This document shows positions 62,600 to 64,000 of a stretch of DNA of 64,000 nt, piece after piece. The notes under the pieces were generated by a model that worked only from the letters and a program-made list of their open reading frames with translations, made no database searches and had not been told where the DNA came from. The stretch is from assembly GCA_002104905.1 (NCBI GenBank), contig MCFE01000189.1, forward strand, positions 62,001 to 126,000, in the 5' to 3' direction. Source of the DNA: Basidiobolus meristosporus CBS 931.73 (taxonomy: Eukaryota > Fungi > Basidiobolomycota). The position numbers and the translations under genes were made by a program. Position 1 is the stretch's first letter; the number at the start of each line of letters is the position of its first letter.

Positions 62600-63763
62600 T
62601 TACATCTTTAATGTTATATATCGGTTATAGAGGACAACGAGCACTCGGACAAAGAAATAGATGACCGAAAAGATCGCTTTGGTAAACGTGAGCACGGCAA
62701 TGGTCTTTCTATCAGTAAAATATACCATTGCAAGTGCATTCAAGCATAGCATATTATGAATTATTGTTTCAATGATAGGGAAAAAAGTTTCCACTGGTTG
62801 TGGTTGGTAGGAATACACCCATCCAATCTCTGGGGTGAACCAATACATCGGTGATTCAGTTGCAAAAGCAAGCATTACATAGAGTACTGTGTATACCATG
62901 GAGCCAATTGTTTTTTCTAGCAAATATCGAAGCTTAACCTTTCTTTCTATTACATCTTTGGTTTCACTTGGCTTCTCAGATAGATTTTCACAGCTTGAGG
63001 GTTCTGAGAGTAATGTAAAATCAGGATTCAAAGAAAGTTGATCCGACTCCAAGGTGATAAACACAGGTGCAATACACTTGCCAAAAGTGTAAAAGAGCGG
63101 GGAGAATATGATCGCATTGTTTATGAATGCTGATAAGTAAGGCTCGTGGCCACTAGGGAGTCTCCATATATATGTGCCACAGAAATACGCAGGCACAGCA
63201 TAAGCGCAAGCTAGTAGAATAACGAGAGCGCATACTTTCGTAGTAGTGGTGTCATCTTGAGTGATCCGGCCTTGTGAAACAGAAAATCTCTGCTTTATGA
63301 TGAGCGAAGCATCTTGTTCACGTACTTTTGTCAAGAGTACGCAGTCAGATGGTATCTTCACAGTATGTTTGTGCAGTACAGAAGTGAGAAATCTTGTAGG
63401 TGGAGATGCCTCTGTGAATACAGTATCCTTTTTGAACGTCACGATGTTTGTGTTTTTTGGGCAGGCATCGACCAAATAGCCATTCCCAGCGTAAGCAGAT
63501 CTTAAGACTGATTCCGCGTGCCCTTGCATTCCTCCTGCTGACTTGATCTCCACAAATTGCGTGATGTAGTCTCGAATGGGGTCCATTGGGAACGCCAAGG
63601 CCCAAAGATACTCCTTAATCAGGCCCAATGTTGATAAGCTACCAGGTATGATCTGCATTCTTCGAAGGAGTAAGCTGCCAAGATGGGAAATCATGCCAGG
63701 AACCAGAAGTATTTGGAGCCTCTCATAGAGAATATCATAAACAGAGGTTTCATTCATTTTCAA
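62600..63763 (-). CDS. Uncharacterised multi-pass membrane protein, 387 aa (divergent paralogue C, tail-to-tail with B)
   Basis: Shares KEYL.A..FPMD..R.YITQFVEIKS, ES.LR.AY.GNGY, FGKCIAPVFITLESD, LRY..E..IGS..YT.L and YFT..K.I with A and B. Confidence 0.9.
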   Translation of the reverse strand: MKMNETSVYDILYERLQILLVPGMISHLGSLLLRRMQIIPGSLSTLGLIKEYLWALAFPMDPIRDYITQFVEIKSAGGMQGHAESVLRSAYAGNGYLVDACPKNTNIVTFKKDTVFTEASPPTRFLTSVLHKHTVKIPSDCVLLTKVREQDASLIIKQRFSVSQGRITQDDTTTTKVCALVILLACAYAVPAYFCGTYIWRLPSGHEPYLSAFINNAIIFSPLFYTFGKCIAPVFITLESDQLSLNPDFTLLSEPSSCENLSEKPSETKDVIERKVKLRYLLEKTIGSMVYTVLYVMLAFATESPMYWFTPEIGWVYSYQPQPVETFFPIIETIIHNMLCLNALAMVYFTDRKTIAVLTFTKAIFSVIYFFVRVLVVLYNRYITLKM

Positions 63764-64000
63764 GCGTGATTTGGAAATGAAATTATTTCAACCACTTGTT
63801 TAAACAGGCCTATTTATATGTAAAGGGTGGGTGAGGAATAGAGAATGAAAATATTAATCAGCAATGATATCAGCTATCGCTATGTATTGAATTCTATCCA
63901 AGGAATGCACAAATCCCATGATATATTGATGGATATTTGCTGATTTCGGCTTGGTACGCGAAAGGCGGCGCATACACCAGTCACAACTATCCTTAACGCC

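Noticed and set aside
57424-63763. All three intact paralogues are exactly 387 aa
   Set aside because: C aligns to A and B only with offsets and gaps, so equal length is at least partly coincidental.

Overview
Eukaryotic DNA, most likely from an early-diverging fungus. Short GT-AG introns and a subtilisin with DUF1034 but no PA domain hint at Entomophthoromycotina, which is a low-confidence inference. The window has two sharply different parts. (1) About 1-43,160 is a gene-free, strongly CpG-depleted transposon nest. It holds many nested or rearranged copies of a ~4.7 kb Ty1/Copia family (~348-bp TGTTGTAA...TTACAACA LTRs) and one structurally complete Ty3/Gypsy element (21,431-26,385) whose single 1377-aa ORF has a mutated integrase catalytic Asp. 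It also holds four decayed Tnp2/EnSpm(CACTA)-clan transposase copies, solo LTRs of two further families, and a 733-bp foldback element with ~346-bp arms. (2) About 43,200-64,000 is a CpG-normal gene island with a 3-exon secreted S8 subtilisin, a disordered S/T-P-rich protein, a small putatively mitochondrial RRM protein, and a tandem cluster (3 intact genes, 2 pseudogenes) of an intronless 387-aa multi-pass membrane protein family that I cannot assign. In that cluster a nearly identical core is flanked by hypervariable N- and C-terminal segments; it is the best candidate here for an undescribed system. I found no rRNA, tRNA or CRISPR. All counts and identities are hand estimates from reading the sequence.
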